A DNA stretch of 64,000 nt from Octopus vulgaris (GCA_951406725.2 OX597824.1:82956001-83020000), one strand, 5' to 3'; shown: positions 28,460 through 42,397, numbered from the stretch's first letter. Notes: a model not told the origin generated them from the sequence alone. Program-made: numbers and translations.

Positions 28460-30110
28460 ATGTTTATGCCACCCAAAACACACCAAGACAAGTATCCCTT
28501 TCAACTTAGCTAAAAGGGTATGCACCATTGTCTCGGATCCAAAAACGCGAGAAATACGCCTTCAAGACCTCAAAAAAACACTATTACAACGCCAATATCC
28601 CTCCACCCTTATAGAGTATGGAATAAAACGCGCCAAAGAACTAAACAATATTACACTGAAAACCACCCAACCCAACAACACACACAACCCCAAAATACTT
28701 CCATACATTTCCACCCACAACCCCAAAAATATCGAAACATACACCACAATCATACAAAACCTCACTCTACTGTCAACAGACCCAAAAATGAAAAACATTA
28801 TAAATACACACAAAATCCTCAAATGTAAAAGACAACACAAATCTTTAAAAAAACTCTTGACAAATGCCAAACTTCACACACCACATCCACCCCCAGCAGT
28901 TAAAAAATGTGCACGCCCAAACTGTGGCACTTGAAGGCTCTGAATTTATCTTCAAACAAGGAACGAAGTTTAAAATCAAGACCAACTTCTGTTCCTCCGA
29001 GAACCTTATCTACGTTCTCACATGCGCCGGTTGCCAACATAATTATGTTGGACAAACGAGCCTCCCTTTACGTAAAAGAGTAGCGGTGCATAAAGAACAA
29101 ATAAATCTCCCGGAATACCGGCAAATCCCACCGAGTGACCACATAGACTCATGCGCTAAAGACAAAAATCCCAAATTCTACATATTCACCTTCTACCAAT
29201 GTAAAGACGGAATCACCACACAGGAGAGAATTAACAAGGAGAATCTCTTTATTGAAAAATTCAAAACGCATCTTAATATGCAAACTCCTCGTTGATCATA
29301 CTTCTTTTTTCTACCTCATTCTTCATGGATGGACTAACACAAATATATAAGGATACCATGCAGTCATCACTTCAAGCTAAAACTTATATTCTTTAATTAT
29401 CATTATTATTATTGTTGTTAATATTATTATTATTATTTTTATTATATATGACATAACAATCTGAAATGTAATTATAAATTGGTTTATGTAAATTTATATA
29501 ATTAGAAAACAATATAAATAAAGTGTTAAAATCTGAATGTTAAGTTAGCAAACAATTATATAAAAAAAGATAATGCAAATGAAGCTAAAATGATAACTTT
29601 ATAATTTAAGGTTTATTAACACCCTTTATTACAAAAAATTGATAAACCCAAATTGAAGAGCTTAAAACCCCATAGAGTTGGCTCCCCTTATTCACAGGAA
29701 CTGGACTACTACTTCCTGTTTTACCATTCACTTAAGAGACATCCTTAATTAAATTAAACAGCACATGGATTTAATCCCATGGATCTCAATCCTCCAAGGT
29801 AATTTTTTCAAGAACTATCATTAAACTCAAGATACACAAAGACTTTACAATGTATCGGAGTACCTATTTTTTAATTATTGTGTATATTTATTATTATTAA
29901 TTTGCAAAAAACAATGTAATTTTCTTTCTTCCCCCTCCTCAAATTTAAAAAAAGAAATTTATTTACAATTCTTGAAAAGTCACATTATGACGAAAACCGG
30001 TTTGAATTAATATATATATATTTTATCAATTTTTCAAAATTTTCCATACACCCATTGTTATTAAAATTTTCTTTCAATTTAGCATTCTGCATTTTTATAA
30101 TTTTTCCTTG
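28460..30110 (+). mobile_element. 5'-truncated Penelope-like element: RT thumb, Cys linker, GIY-YIG endonuclease, 3' region with hammerhead
   Basis: HPKHTKTSIPFNLAKRVCTIVSD, C-x4-C-x2 linker, NLIYVLTCAGCQHNYVGQT..LRKRVAVH..KENLFIEKF; one frameshift at ~28932; (AT)n at both ends. Confidence 0.9.
29967..30008 (+). ncRNA. Minimal hammerhead with U3-A8 compensatory core
   Basis: AATTC-TTGAAAA-GTCA(catta)TGAC-GAAA-ACCGGT-TT-GAATT; all three stems form; palindromic stem III. Confidence 0.75.
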
Positions 30111-30229
30111 CTTATATATATATATATATATATATATAGTGTAATAAATAAAATATATGCATAAATACAAACATATATGTACGTACCGACATCTACATGT
30201 ATATATACATGCATATATAAATATATATA

Positions 30230-30560
30230 CGTACAGGACATCACAGGAAGACGAAAAAATCAACAGAACGAAAACGGAAAAGACATTTTGTTACAAGAGA
30301 AGGACAGAGACGTGGAACAAAACGAAACAAAAACGAAAACGGGAAAAACAATTATGTGCAACAGAAAAACGAAGTACAGGACATGCTACACAAGGAAAAA
30401 TCCCCTTCATCAGCTATCGCTAGCAGACACGTGTTTCGAAGGCAGAGACAGAACACGTATGGTCAAGCTAGGCCTTCCTACGAGAGAATTAAAATAAAAT
30501 AAACTCGTAGAGGGGTAAACGAGCAAGAAAAAATGTAACACAAAAAGGGACGTAACAAAG
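30230..30560 (-). mobile_element. AT-flanked repeat, homolog of 24108-24375
   Basis: Minus strand CCTTC-GAAA-CACGTG-TC-TGCTAGCGATAG-CTGATGA-AGGGG. Confidence 0.6.
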
Positions 30561-30637
30561 AACTAGTTCAATTAAATGGAGTCGCATGACACGATCGTAC
30601 TGCATTACCTCTGAATATCCTTGTTGCTTGTGTTGAC

Positions 30638-30668
<31 letters not shown>

Positions 30669-30669
30669 C

Positions 30670-30702
<33 letters not shown>

Positions 30703-30822
30703 ATATTATATGTAGAAAAATACAAACTGGGACAAGAACGTAAAACATTTAGAAGACGATACAAAAAACACGACGAGACATTCGAAGCCTTCAATCTTCA
30801 GTCAAGAACCGGATCATCCTAG

Positions 30823-30904
<82 letters not shown>

Positions 30905-30910
<6 letters not shown>

Positions 30911-31250
30911 AAAGAATGTAGTTGTGTAAAGTCGGAACAGTGCGAGAAGGTACAAAGCTAACTACAAATTGAAAAGAAAACGGAACAAAGTAGCAGTTTT
31001 ACCCTGTATTTTTACATTTCGGAAAATCGGTGGCTGGGAAAAGTTTGTTGCTCAGAAGTGAGGAACAAACGTCTGAACAACAAACTTTTTCCAATCATCG
31101 CTTTTCCGAATGTCCTGAAGAAGGGTTCTTCAGTCCGAAATATAAAAATACAAGATAAAACTGCAACTTTGTTCCGTTTTCTTTTCAATTTGTAGTTTGC
31201 TTTCTACCTTCTCGCACTGTTCCGACTTAACACAACTATATTCTTTAAAT
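30905..31250. repeat. Fold-back element (~150-bp imperfect inverted arms)
   Basis: ATTTAAAGAATGTAGTTGTG... / ...CACAACTATATTCTTTAAAT; CTGAAGA...CCGAAA remnant at 31115-31140. Confidence 0.85.
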
Positions 31251-31633
31251 AAATGTATGTGTATATGTTGTTGTTGTTGTTGTTGCTGTTGTTGTTGTTG
31301 TTCTTCTTCTTCTTCTTCTTCTTCTTCTTCTTCTTCTTCTTCTTCTTCTTCTTCTTCTTCTTCGACGATTACCCATGCGCGCCCGTGTAGGTCTGATAAA
31401 TTGCATCGATGACAGATGTTGCTGATGATTTATAGATATATATGTGAGTATAATTTGCATATTATATTGACAAAGAAACAATTGTACAACATTAATCTAC
31501 TTTTTAGTTGTATTTCACTTTCCTTACGTTGAGGGTAGTGTTATTTCTATGTGGAGGTATCGTCAGCGATTATGCCGGAGGAGCTATTTCTAGCACTAGA
31601 GTTAACCTATTTAACGTTAACTCTCTTATATTT

Positions 31634-31704
<71 letters not shown>

Positions 31705-31961
31705 TATACAGGCATACATACATAGTATATACATACATACATACATACATACATGCATATGTATATACACTCACACGTACACATGCACAGAAGTGTGTGT
31801 GCTTTAGTTAGCAGCATACGTGAGGAGAAATTCAAACAAAAATATTTGATTATGTAGAAAAAAATTCCTAAGTAATAATTTATTTGTGCATATATAAAAT
31901 AATTATAACCCAACAGCTGTGTATAAGTTACTTTATATCTCACAAAGATTTTTATAGTGTG

Positions 31962-31993
<32 letters not shown>

Positions 31994-32570
31994 TGTATGT
32001 ATGTATGTATGTATGTATGCATGTATGTATGTATGTGTGTGTGTATGTATATGTTACATGTACACACACGTACATTCACATATGCAAGAGAACATGCGTA
32101 TACATATACATACATTAAGTGATTATTTTTAATGAAATGTTCACATCCGGTTGGACAGCTGACATCGACAATAGTACATTACTTTTGTTTTTCCGTCCCA
32201 AATAACTATGTCAGGCCCGTTGTTTTGTAATTAGCGGAATTTTTGATGGGAATGGTTCACCAATATTCTTTGTGTTGAAGCAAACGTGTGTACTCAACAT
32301 CAAAACATTCGCTTCTTCCTTTTTTTAATATTTCTCTCAGGCTAACACCTTCCTATTGTTGGCATAATATATATATATGGGGAGAAAGAGAGAGAGAGAG
32401 AGAGAGATTTAGCCACAACATCATGCGGCAGTAGGAAGATAATAAGAATAATGATTAATGCCATGCGACAAAGATCACAGGTGTAGTATAACTTCCACAA
32501 CCTTGGTAAGAAGATGAAAGGAAAAGTAGGCCCCGACGAGGATATGAAATCATATAATAATAATAATAAC

Positions 32571-32638
<68 letters not shown>

Positions 32639-32847
32639 TAATAATAATAATAATAAAGGTACAAGGTCTAACATTTTTGAGGGAGGGGATTAGTCGATTA
32701 CATCGACCCCAGTGCGTAACTGGTACTTAGTTTATCGACCCAGAAAGGATGAGAGGCAAAGTCGACGTTGGCGGAATATGAATTCAGAATGTAAAGACGG
32801 ACGAAATACCGCTAAGCATTTTGTCCGGCGTATTAATGAGAGGTTCT

Positions 32848-33380
32848 GGCTCTCATGGCTTCTGATCTTAACTGATTGGAAGTGCTATCATGTACACTGT
32901 TTTGTCTTGGTATAAAAGATGGGCTACAGCAAATATTCTGCTCAAAACCCCAGATTTGCTTGTCAGTTGTTTGACCATAACCAGTTGAGTATGTTCCTTA
33001 GTGGCTGACGATACGTGCATATCTGATCACGAGCAGAAGTAGTGGAGCGAGTGGGGGGAAGCAACGTAGCCATGTGTTGAAAGGAATTGTTCAGAGGTCC
33101 AATAATTCACCCCTGGAAACATGGGTGTTTCGTTCAATATCCTCAAACAACCCTTATTCAGGGACCTTTTGAGCGGGATGGGCTACTCGATCCGAAGAAA
33201 ATTCTAACAGGACCCCCACCTGCAAGGTCATACGCTGTTTATCTTAATATAAAGTCACCATGTCGCGCACATATGGTTGTGATGCATGTGCCTGGTTTAC
33301 TCTTCCCAGACGGGTTGTCATGGGCTTCGTTTTAATTTACCCTAGTGTTACTTTGATGGCATGCTCTGCTCTCACACTCA
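32848..33380 (+). mobile_element. Diverged copy of the 558-bp (AAT)n-associated element
   Basis: Aligns with 15068-15600; ends at AATAATAAT. Confidence 0.85.
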
Positions 33381-33436
33381 ATAATAATGAAAGGAGGTTT
33401 GATATACATATTATTTATGATATGATTATAATTATT

Positions 33437-33994
33437 AAGTGAGAGAGCAGTGCATGCCATCAAAGTGACACTGGGGTAAAATATACGAAGCCCAGTATAC
33501 CCATCATGACTATCCGTCTGATAAGGGTACACTAGGCACATACATCACAACCATATGTGAGCAACATGGTGATCTCATATCAAGATAAACAGCACATGAC
33601 CTTGCAGGTGGGGCCCAGTTAGGATTTTTTTCCCGTCGAGTAACCCATCTCGCTCAAAAGGTCCCTGAATAAGGGTTGTTTAAGGATGTTGAATGAAACC
33701 CCCATGTTTCCAGAGGTGAAGTATTCGAACACCAAAGAATCCCTCTCAACACATGGCTATGATGCTCCCCCACTACTTCTGCTCGTGATCAGAGATGCAC
33801 ATATCGTCAGCCACTAAGGGACATGCTTAACTGGTTATGGTCAAACAACTGACAAGCAAATCTGTGGTATTGAGCAGAATATTTGCTGTAGCCCATCTTT
33901 TATACTAAGACAAAACAATGTACATGATAATACTTCCAATCAGTTAAGATCAAAAGCTATGAGAGCCACTGTCTAGTACTGGATCAGGGCATTT
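33437..33994 (-). mobile_element. Copy of the 558-bp element (tail-to-tail with the previous copy)
   Basis: Reverse complement of 15043-15600. Confidence 0.85.
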
Positions 33995-34013
33995 ATTGTT
34001 GTTGTTTTTATTA

Positions 34014-34061
<48 letters not shown>

Positions 34062-34064
34062 TAT

Positions 34065-35192
34065 GAAAACTCACAGCTTATTTTGCTGGGTATGATGGAA
34101 AGTGACAGCTGTCCACAGCCAACAGACTAAGGTGACACTTGTGTTAGTGGTCACGCTTCAAGAACCCTGCGAAGAACTCCTGCAATTCCAAGCAATGCTG
34201 ATTTTAGTTGATGGTCTACCTTCACACTTGCGCCAATCTTTTTTGAGCCATGCTGGTAGTTGAGTGCTGATTACTATTGGTATCACGTCTACTCTCCTCA
34301 TTGGCCACAACCTTCATATATTTCCCACTTCAAATCGTCATAGTTGTTTATTTTTCCTTCTTCTTTCACATTGATCCTGTTGCCACCAGGACATGCTGTG
34401 TCGATCATCATACATGTTCTTTCATTTTCATTCACCTCAACAATATCCGGTTTCCGATGTCTCATCCGGTGATCCCACTGGATCATTGCATCCCACAGGA
34501 TTTGGCAATTCTCATTCTCAGTGACTCCTTCTGAGGTTTTCTCATACTACGTTGTTTGCTCTTTGTAGGCCGTGGAGCTCCCAATGGATCATTCTTGCCA
34601 CATTGTCATGCCGCCTTTTGTATCTGCGTCGTGCCAATTTCGGGCATTCGCTAACGATGTGTCATACCGTTTCACCCCTCTCACCACACATTCTGTATTT
34701 TTCACCGAAAGTACTGTTGTCCATTCTGCACTTAAGGACCAACATGGTTGGTCCTTAACGCTTATCCTTGAGCTGTGCATATGAGTGCTTCTATCTCTAT
34801 CTTCAGGTCACTCCTCCTCGCCCATAGCCACCGATCTACTTCATCTGTTTTCGCGTTCACATCTCTTGCAAACTGACCGTACATTTTTTTTTCTTTCCAT
34901 GCTTTTTCTTTTTTGGTGTTCATTTCTTCTTAAAATTTTTCTTTCATTACACAGTTTTCAAATTTGATGACGCCGGCTTTCTTTATATGTTCCAACAATG
35001 GCTCCATGGCATTTTTTATATATCACCCTAAGCTCTTTTCCTCTGCTTTGATACAGTCCTGGCAACTGATCAAACCACTCCAACCTTCTCTTCTGGACAA
35101 GTACAGCTTATCGGTGTCATTCCTAGGGTGGAAGGCTACGTGTACTGTCAACATTTTTCTGGTCTTGCTATCCATGTTCATCACTTCTCTCT
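34065..35192 (-). mobile_element. Decayed R4/Dong-type LINE fragment
   Basis: MDSKTRKMLTVHVAFHPRNDTDKLYLSRREGWSGLISCQDC; HRKPDIVEVNENERTCMMIDTACP (RLE PD..D motif). Confidence 0.8.
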
Positions 35193-35203
35193 TTATTATT
35201 ATT

Positions 35204-35239
<36 letters not shown>

Positions 35240-35241
35240 GC

Positions 35242-35272
<31 letters not shown>

Positions 35273-35290
35273 GCTGTTGTTGTTGTTGTT

Positions 35291-35653
35291 GAGTGAGAGA
35301 GCAGTGCATGCCACCAAAGTGACGCTGGGGTAAAATATACGAAGCCCAGTATACCCATCATGACTACCCGTCTGATAAGGGTACGCCAGGCACATGCATC
35401 ATAACCATATGTACGCGACATGGTGATCTCATATCAAGATTAACAGCGCATAAACTTGCAGGTGGGGTCCAGGTAGAATTCTCTTCAGGTCGAGTACCCA
35501 ATCCTGCTCAAAAGGTCCCTGGATAAGGATTTTTAAGGATGTTGAACGAAACACCTATGTTTCCAAAGGTGAATTATCCAAACCCAAAAGATTTCCTCCC
35601 AACACATGGCTATGATGCTCCCCACTACTTCTGCTCGTGATCAGAGATGCATA

Positions 35654-35721
<68 letters not shown>

Positions 35722-36063
35722 GAGTGAGAGAGCAGTGCATGCCATCAAAGTGACACTGGGGTAAAATATACGAAGCCCAGTATACCCATCATGACTACCC
35801 GTCTGATAAAGGTACGCCAGGCACATGCATCATAACCATATGTACGCGACATGGTGATCTCATATCAAGATAAACAGCACATGACCTTGAAGGTGGGGTC
35901 CAGGTAGAATTCTCTTCAGGTCGAGTACCCAATCCTGCTCAAAAGGTCCCTGAATAAGGATTTTTAAGGATGTTGAACGAAACACCTATGTTTCCAAAGA
36001 TTTCCTCCCAACACATGGCTATGATGCTCCCCCACTACTTCTGCTCGTGATCAGAAATGCATA
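35291..36063 (-). mobile_element. Two identically truncated 3' halves of the 558-bp element
   Basis: 35291-35653 and 35722-36063 stop at the same 5' breakpoint and share variants. Confidence 0.85.
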
Positions 36064-36139
<76 letters not shown>

Positions 36140-36140
<1 letters not shown>

Positions 36141-37122
36141 TTCTCTTTATCATAGATGTTGTTGGAGCTCCTGGGTTCTACTACCTGTAGCTTACAGTAC
36201 CATGCTATTCGTTCTTTTCGACTATCTAATACTTGCCTGATTATTCTGGCCATGCCATGGAGGCAATCCTTTTGTAACAGTTCTACTGGGCACTCCATTC
36301 CAATTTCCTTTATATTCCTCTTGATCCCTTTTGATACTGTTCCCAAGGACCCAACAATAATTGGTTCTATCTTCACCTTCTTCATTTTCCATAGCCAGGC
36401 TAGTTCTTACTTAAGAGGGTTGTATCTATTTATCTTTTCACCTTCTTTCTTGACTATTCGTGGATCAAAGGGGCATGCAACATCAACTATATAGCATATG
36501 TGGTGCACCTTGTCCATCACCACCACCACCACCAGGTCCAGTCTGTTATGCTCTAGCACCTGATCTGTTTGGATTGGGAAATCCCAGAGGATTTTGCTAG
36601 TCTCCGACTCCGTCACTTTCTGCGGCCTATGCTCATACTAAGTCTTGGCACTCTCAACTCCCCACTTTTCGCAGTTTTCAATATAGCACTTTTGCTACCT
36701 GGTCGTGTCGCCACAGCTTGTAGTGGTTTTGGGCAAGCCTAGAGCATTCGTTCCTGATATGGGCAATGGTTTCATCTACTCCATTGCAGATGCGGCACAA
36801 CAGGGACACTTGCTCATTCTTAAGGTTTACCTTCCAGTTCATGGTCAAAGCATGGTCCTGCGCTGCCAGTATAATGCATTCGATCTCTTTTTTTAGTGTT
36901 CCTTTCATCAGCCAATCCCACCTACATTTTCCAGCAACTTCTGTTGTAGTTCCATGAAATTGTTTATGTAGTCCCTTGTTGCGTAATTCTTCTTCATATC
37001 TTTTTTGTACTTCTTCCTTTGTTTTCCCTTTTTTTCTCTGCTCTCGATAATCCCTCGTTCTTTACTGTCACTAGCAAGGTTTCCTTACTTCGGGCTAGGT
37101 ATTTCATTAAGCTCTCCAGTTC
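36140..37122 (-). mobile_element. Decayed R4/Dong-type LINE fragment
   Basis: ECIILAAQDHAL, CRICNGVDETIAHIRNEC, RHDQVAK, ILWDFPIQTD..HNRLDLVVV..IVDVACPFD, PIIVGSLG; (AAT)n on both sides. Confidence 0.85.
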
Positions 37123-37124
37123 GA

Positions 37125-37179
<55 letters not shown>

Positions 37180-37751
37180 GAGTGAGAGAGCAGTTCATGC
37201 CATCAAAGTGACACTGGGGTAAAATATACGAAGCCCAATATACCCATCATGACTACCCGTCTGATAAGGGTACACCAGGCACATGCATCACAACCATATG
37301 TGCGCGACATGGTGATCTCATATCAAGATAAAAAGGCACATGACCTTGCAGGTGGGGCTCAGTTAGAATTTTCTTCAGGTTGAGTAGCCCATCCTGCTCA
37401 AAAGGTCCCTGAATAAGGGTTATTTAAGGATGTTGAACGAACCACCCATGTTTCCATAGGTCAATTATTCAAACCCCAAAGAATCCCTCTCAACGCATGG
37501 CTATGATGCTCCCCCACTACTTCTGCTCGTGATCAGAGATGCACATATCATCAGCCACTAAGGGACATGTTCAACTGGTTAAAGTCAAACAACTGACAAG
37601 CAAATATGTGGTATTGAGCAGAATATTTGCTGTAGCCCATCTTTTATACCAAGACAAAACAATGTACATGATAACACTTCCAATCAGTTAAGATCAGAAG
37701 CCATGAGAGCCACTGCCTGGTACTGCATCAGGGCATTTACTGCATCAGGGC

Positions 37752-37755
<4 letters not shown>
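37180..37755 (-). mobile_element. Full copy of the 558-bp element with an 18-nt duplicated 5' end
   Basis: Reverse complement of 15043-15600; TACTGCATCAGGGCATTT occurs twice. Confidence 0.85.
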
Positions 37756-37838
<83 letters not shown>

Positions 37839-37939
37839 TACTACTACTACTACTACTATTATTAACGGGTTTTAGTCATGAATTCAAAACTACATATTTG
37901 AATCATGAGTTGCTTCCGTCCCGTTTATGCATCGCCTTA

Positions 37940-37985
<46 letters not shown>

Positions 37986-38897
37986 GTGTGCGATATATAT
38001 ATGTGTGAGTGTGAATGTATGTATGTGTGTATGCAGAGAGAGAGAAGGGGTGTAAGTGAAAGAGGAAAGTGGAGAAAATCATTATATAAAAAGACACGCA
38101 TTCTTCATCTCTCTCCCTCTCCCTCTCTGTGTGTTTGTGTGTGTGTGTGTGTGTGTATGTGTGTACAGGTGTGCATGTGTGTGGATGAGTTTATGTACCT
38201 GAGTGTGTACCTCGCGTGGACACGAACACGGATTGTTTGAGTGTGAAGGGACACACACACACACACACTGATGCACACACACATTACTAATCGCATAATC
38301 TTGTAACCAGCGTAACTAAACATGTCACCAACGGACAAACACACACACACACACACATACACACACATACACACACATACACACACACACAAGCGCACTC
38401 TCACACACACACAAACACACACACACACACATACACACACATATTCAGATAACAATTGTAGCCACACAGTAGTCACGTCGTCAGACGGCCAATGTACCTT
38501 ACGACCTTACACCCTCCTCTTCCTCAACAGCTGTTTTCTTTCCCTCTCTCATAAATGCCATGCTCTCTTTTTATAGTGCGCTTCTCACTCCCACTCTCAC
38601 TCTTAACAACTCCCCTTCACTTCCGCCCTCCTCCTCCTCCGCATTCTATAATCTGTCGCTGTCATATTTTCTTCCTTTATTCTTTCTCTAGCTTCGGTCA
38701 ATGGACTGTGGCTATGCAGGGGCGCCGCCTTCAGGGACCTTTTAATCGATCTTATCGAATCTATTACTTATTTCAGTTTGGTACTTAGGTACTTATTTTA
38801 TCGATGCCGATTGTATCGATCGGTTAAGTTACCATTTTGACGCGACACATGTATTTGTATTAACATGTGCTTTCTTGTGTCAAAAACAAATAAGCCA

Positions 38898-38950
<53 letters not shown>

Positions 38951-39140
38951 CGGGAAGCTTTATGAAAATAGACATATATATATATATATATATACTCTTT
39001 TACTTGTTTCAGTCATTTGACTGTGGCCATCCTGGAGCACCGCCTTTAGTCCAGCAAATCCACCCCCAGTACTTATTCTTTGTAAGTCTAGTACTTATTC
39101 TATCGTTCTCTTTTGTATAACGCTCAGGAATAGAAAAAGT

Positions 39141-39176
39141 CTTTTACGTTTCGAGCCTACGCTCTTCTATAGAAAG
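39141..39176 (-). ncRNA. Degenerate minimal Penelope-type hammerhead remnant
   Basis: Minus strand ..TAGAAGA-GCGTAGGCTC-GAAA-CG-TA-AAAG; more decayed relative near 11605-11620. Confidence 0.45.
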
Positions 39177-39424
39177 GGACACATAACGAAGGAAAAAACG
39201 ATTGTTAGATTGTCAATTGTAATTCATTATTATATATTAAGCTATTGTTGTTTTTTGCTATTATTTTATTTATTATGCTATTATTTTTTTAGAAAGTTTT
39301 TCTTATATAAACTACGTAATTTTTGATTATTAATCTTTGATTTTTAGTAATGATTATCATAAATAATTAACGCAAGGTAATTTATAATTTATAATATTAT
39401 TTGCTTTTTGCTTAGAGATGATAT

Positions 39425-39650
39425 ACTCTTTTACTCTCTTTTACTTGTTTCAGTCATTTGACTGCGGCCATGCTGGAGTACCGCCTTTTAGTCGAGCAAA
39501 TCGACCCCGGGACTTATTCTTTTGTAAGCCCAGTACTTATTCTATCGGTCTCTTTTGCCGAACTGCTAAGTAACGGGGACGTAAACACACCAGCATCGGT
39601 TGTCGAGCAATGCTAGGGAGACAAACACAGACACACATACACATACATAC

Positions 39651-39715
<65 letters not shown>

Positions 39716-39880
39716 CATATACGACAAGCTTCTTTCAGTTTCCGTCTATCAAATCCACGCACAAGGCATTGGTCGGCCCGGGGCTATAGCAGAAGACACT
39801 TGTTCAAGGTGCCACGCATTGGGACTGAACCCGGAACCATGTGGTTGGTTAGCAAGCTACTTACCACACAGCCACTCCTG
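39425..39880 (-). mobile_element. Full-length CORE-type SINE
   Basis: Reverse complement of the 3440 family; another copy at 40328-40745. Confidence 0.85.
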
Positions 39881-40550
39881 CAGTATTTTAAATATATTAC
39901 TTTGCTATTTATCCAAAGATAAATAGCGTATTGTTATTACAGTAACGTGTATTTTTTGATATAAAAGAATGAAAGGGATATTGCTTATTTAAAAAAACAA
40001 ACTAGCGTGCTATGATATATTTAGATTACAACACTTAATAGTATACAAATATATTACGATCGTTATATTGGTTTATTTTTTTATTTTTATCTTTGTTTTT
40101 GCTTTTGATTATCGACACGCACGCTTGAAAACAAATATATTTACATTTTCTGGGATCTGTGAATCCTCATATATTAAAAATTACACTGAGGAAATTCTTA
40201 CCCACAAACAGCAGATTTTTATAATTTTATTAAGGGTAAGAATCGAAACAATTGTATATAATTTGTATTTAATATTTATTATTTATTGTATTACTTTATA
40301 TTATTATAAGAATATAATATAGTATTATACTCTTTTACTCTTTTACTTGTTTCAGTCATTTGACTGCGGTCATGCTGGAGCACCGCCTTTAGTCGAGCAA
40401 ATCGACCCCAGGACTTATTCTTTTGTAAGCCCAGTACTTATTCTATCGGTCTCTTTTGCCGAACCGCTAAGTGACAGGGACGTAAACACACCAGCATCGG
40501 TTGTCAAGCAATGCTAGAGGGACAAACACAGACACACAAACACACACATA

Positions 40551-40602
<52 letters not shown>

Positions 40603-42073
40603 GGCTTCTTTCAGTTTCAATATACCAAATCTACTCAGAAGGCTTTGGTCTGCCTGAAGTTATAGTAGAAGACACTTGCCCAAGGTGCCACGCTGTGTGG
40701 CTGAAACCAGAACCATGTGGTTGGTAAGCAAGCTACTTACTGCCTATATTTTTTTATATGTTACAGTCCTGAGGCTGTGGCCATGCTGGAGCACCGCATA
40801 TATATATATAGTGTACTGTTCAGTGATAGTAAGATCAACAAAAAAATACTCCATCTGGTGAGAGATAGATATCAGTGCCTGATGAATGTGTCAGGGCACT
40901 AGACGTGTTAAAAAATACTGTGTGGCATGTTCTCAGTACATGAAACCAATAGTTTCATAAAAACATATATTGTGCTTATATGTGTGCGGGGGGGGGCGAA
41001 AGCGCGTGGCTCAGTGGTTAGGGCATTCGGCTCATGATCGTAAGGTCGTGAGTTCAATTCCCGGCGACGCTTTGTGTCCTTGAGAAAGACATTTTATTTC
41101 ACGTTGCTCCAGTCCACTCAGCTGACAAAAATGTATTTCAAAGGGCCATCCTTGTCACGCTGAATCCCCCTGAGAACCATGCTAAGGGTACACGTGTCTG
41201 TGGAGTGCTCAGCCACTTGTTTCCATTATTTTGTCCAACCCCTGTATATATATATGAAACCATTTAATCAGATAAAGAAGAACAGGACTCATGGTACTTC
41301 ATGTTTTTCAGAGCCTCCAAGACTAGTAGGAAGAAAGGAGGGGTTATTTTCAAACTGGAGGCTTCGACCGAACGCTTGCAACATATCAGTACACTGATAT
41401 CTATCTCTCACCAGATGGAGTACTTTTTTGTTGATCTTACTATCACGGAACAGTACACTATATATATATATGCGGTGCTCCAGCATGGCCACAGCCTCAG
41501 GACTGTAACATATAAAAAAATATAGGCTGTAAGTAGCTTGCTTCGCTAAAAAAAAGAGTACCCAAGGATTAGGTAATGTTAAACCAGGCGACGAATTAAG
41601 GCCACTGCACAACATAAAACGCAAAACAACATAGCGTCCGACATTTGTAACAATTACGCTAATCCCGCCCTTTGGTGGATACTTTACTTATCGACCGGAA
41701 ATGGTGAAAGGTAAAAACCTGAACTTGGCGGGATTTGAATTCAACGGGTGGAAAGTCAGAATAAATACCAAAAGGTAATTTGAATGCGCTCTGATGACTC
41801 TGCCATTTCGACTTTTTCGTATATATGTATATATATATGCGTGTGTGTGTTTGTGTGTCTGTGTGTGTCTCCCTAGCATTGTTTGGCAACCGATGCTGGT
41901 GTGTTTATGTCCCCGTTACTTAGCGGTTCGGCAAAAAGAGACCGATAGAATAAGTACTGGGCTTGCAAAAGAATAAGTCCCGGGGTCGAGTTGCTCGATT
42001 AAAGGCGGTGCTCCAGCATGGCCGCAGTCAAATGACTGAAACAAGTAAAAGAGTAAAGAGTAAAGAGTATATG

Positions 42074-42159
<86 letters not shown>

Positions 42160-42334
42160 CATGTGCGCGCTTACGCACATCCAACACGCATAAACGCAGT
42201 CATATATACACACACACACACACACACACATGTATATATAAGACCCTTTGTCTAGCCTGTGACCTTTCCAGGTTGACACGGAGAACTAAGGCAAATAGGA
42301 AGTCTGAATTACTCATGATTTATGCACCGTTCAC

Positions 42335-42396
<62 letters not shown>

Positions 42397-42397
42397 T

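Noticed and set aside
28910-28934. In-frame TGA at the third Cys position of the Penelope linker (C-ARPN-C-GT-stop), suggestive of selenocysteine as in some Naiad elements
   Set aside because: The protein continues in a different frame straight after the TGA (LEGSEF), so a small deletion explains it better; no SECIS was recognised downstream.
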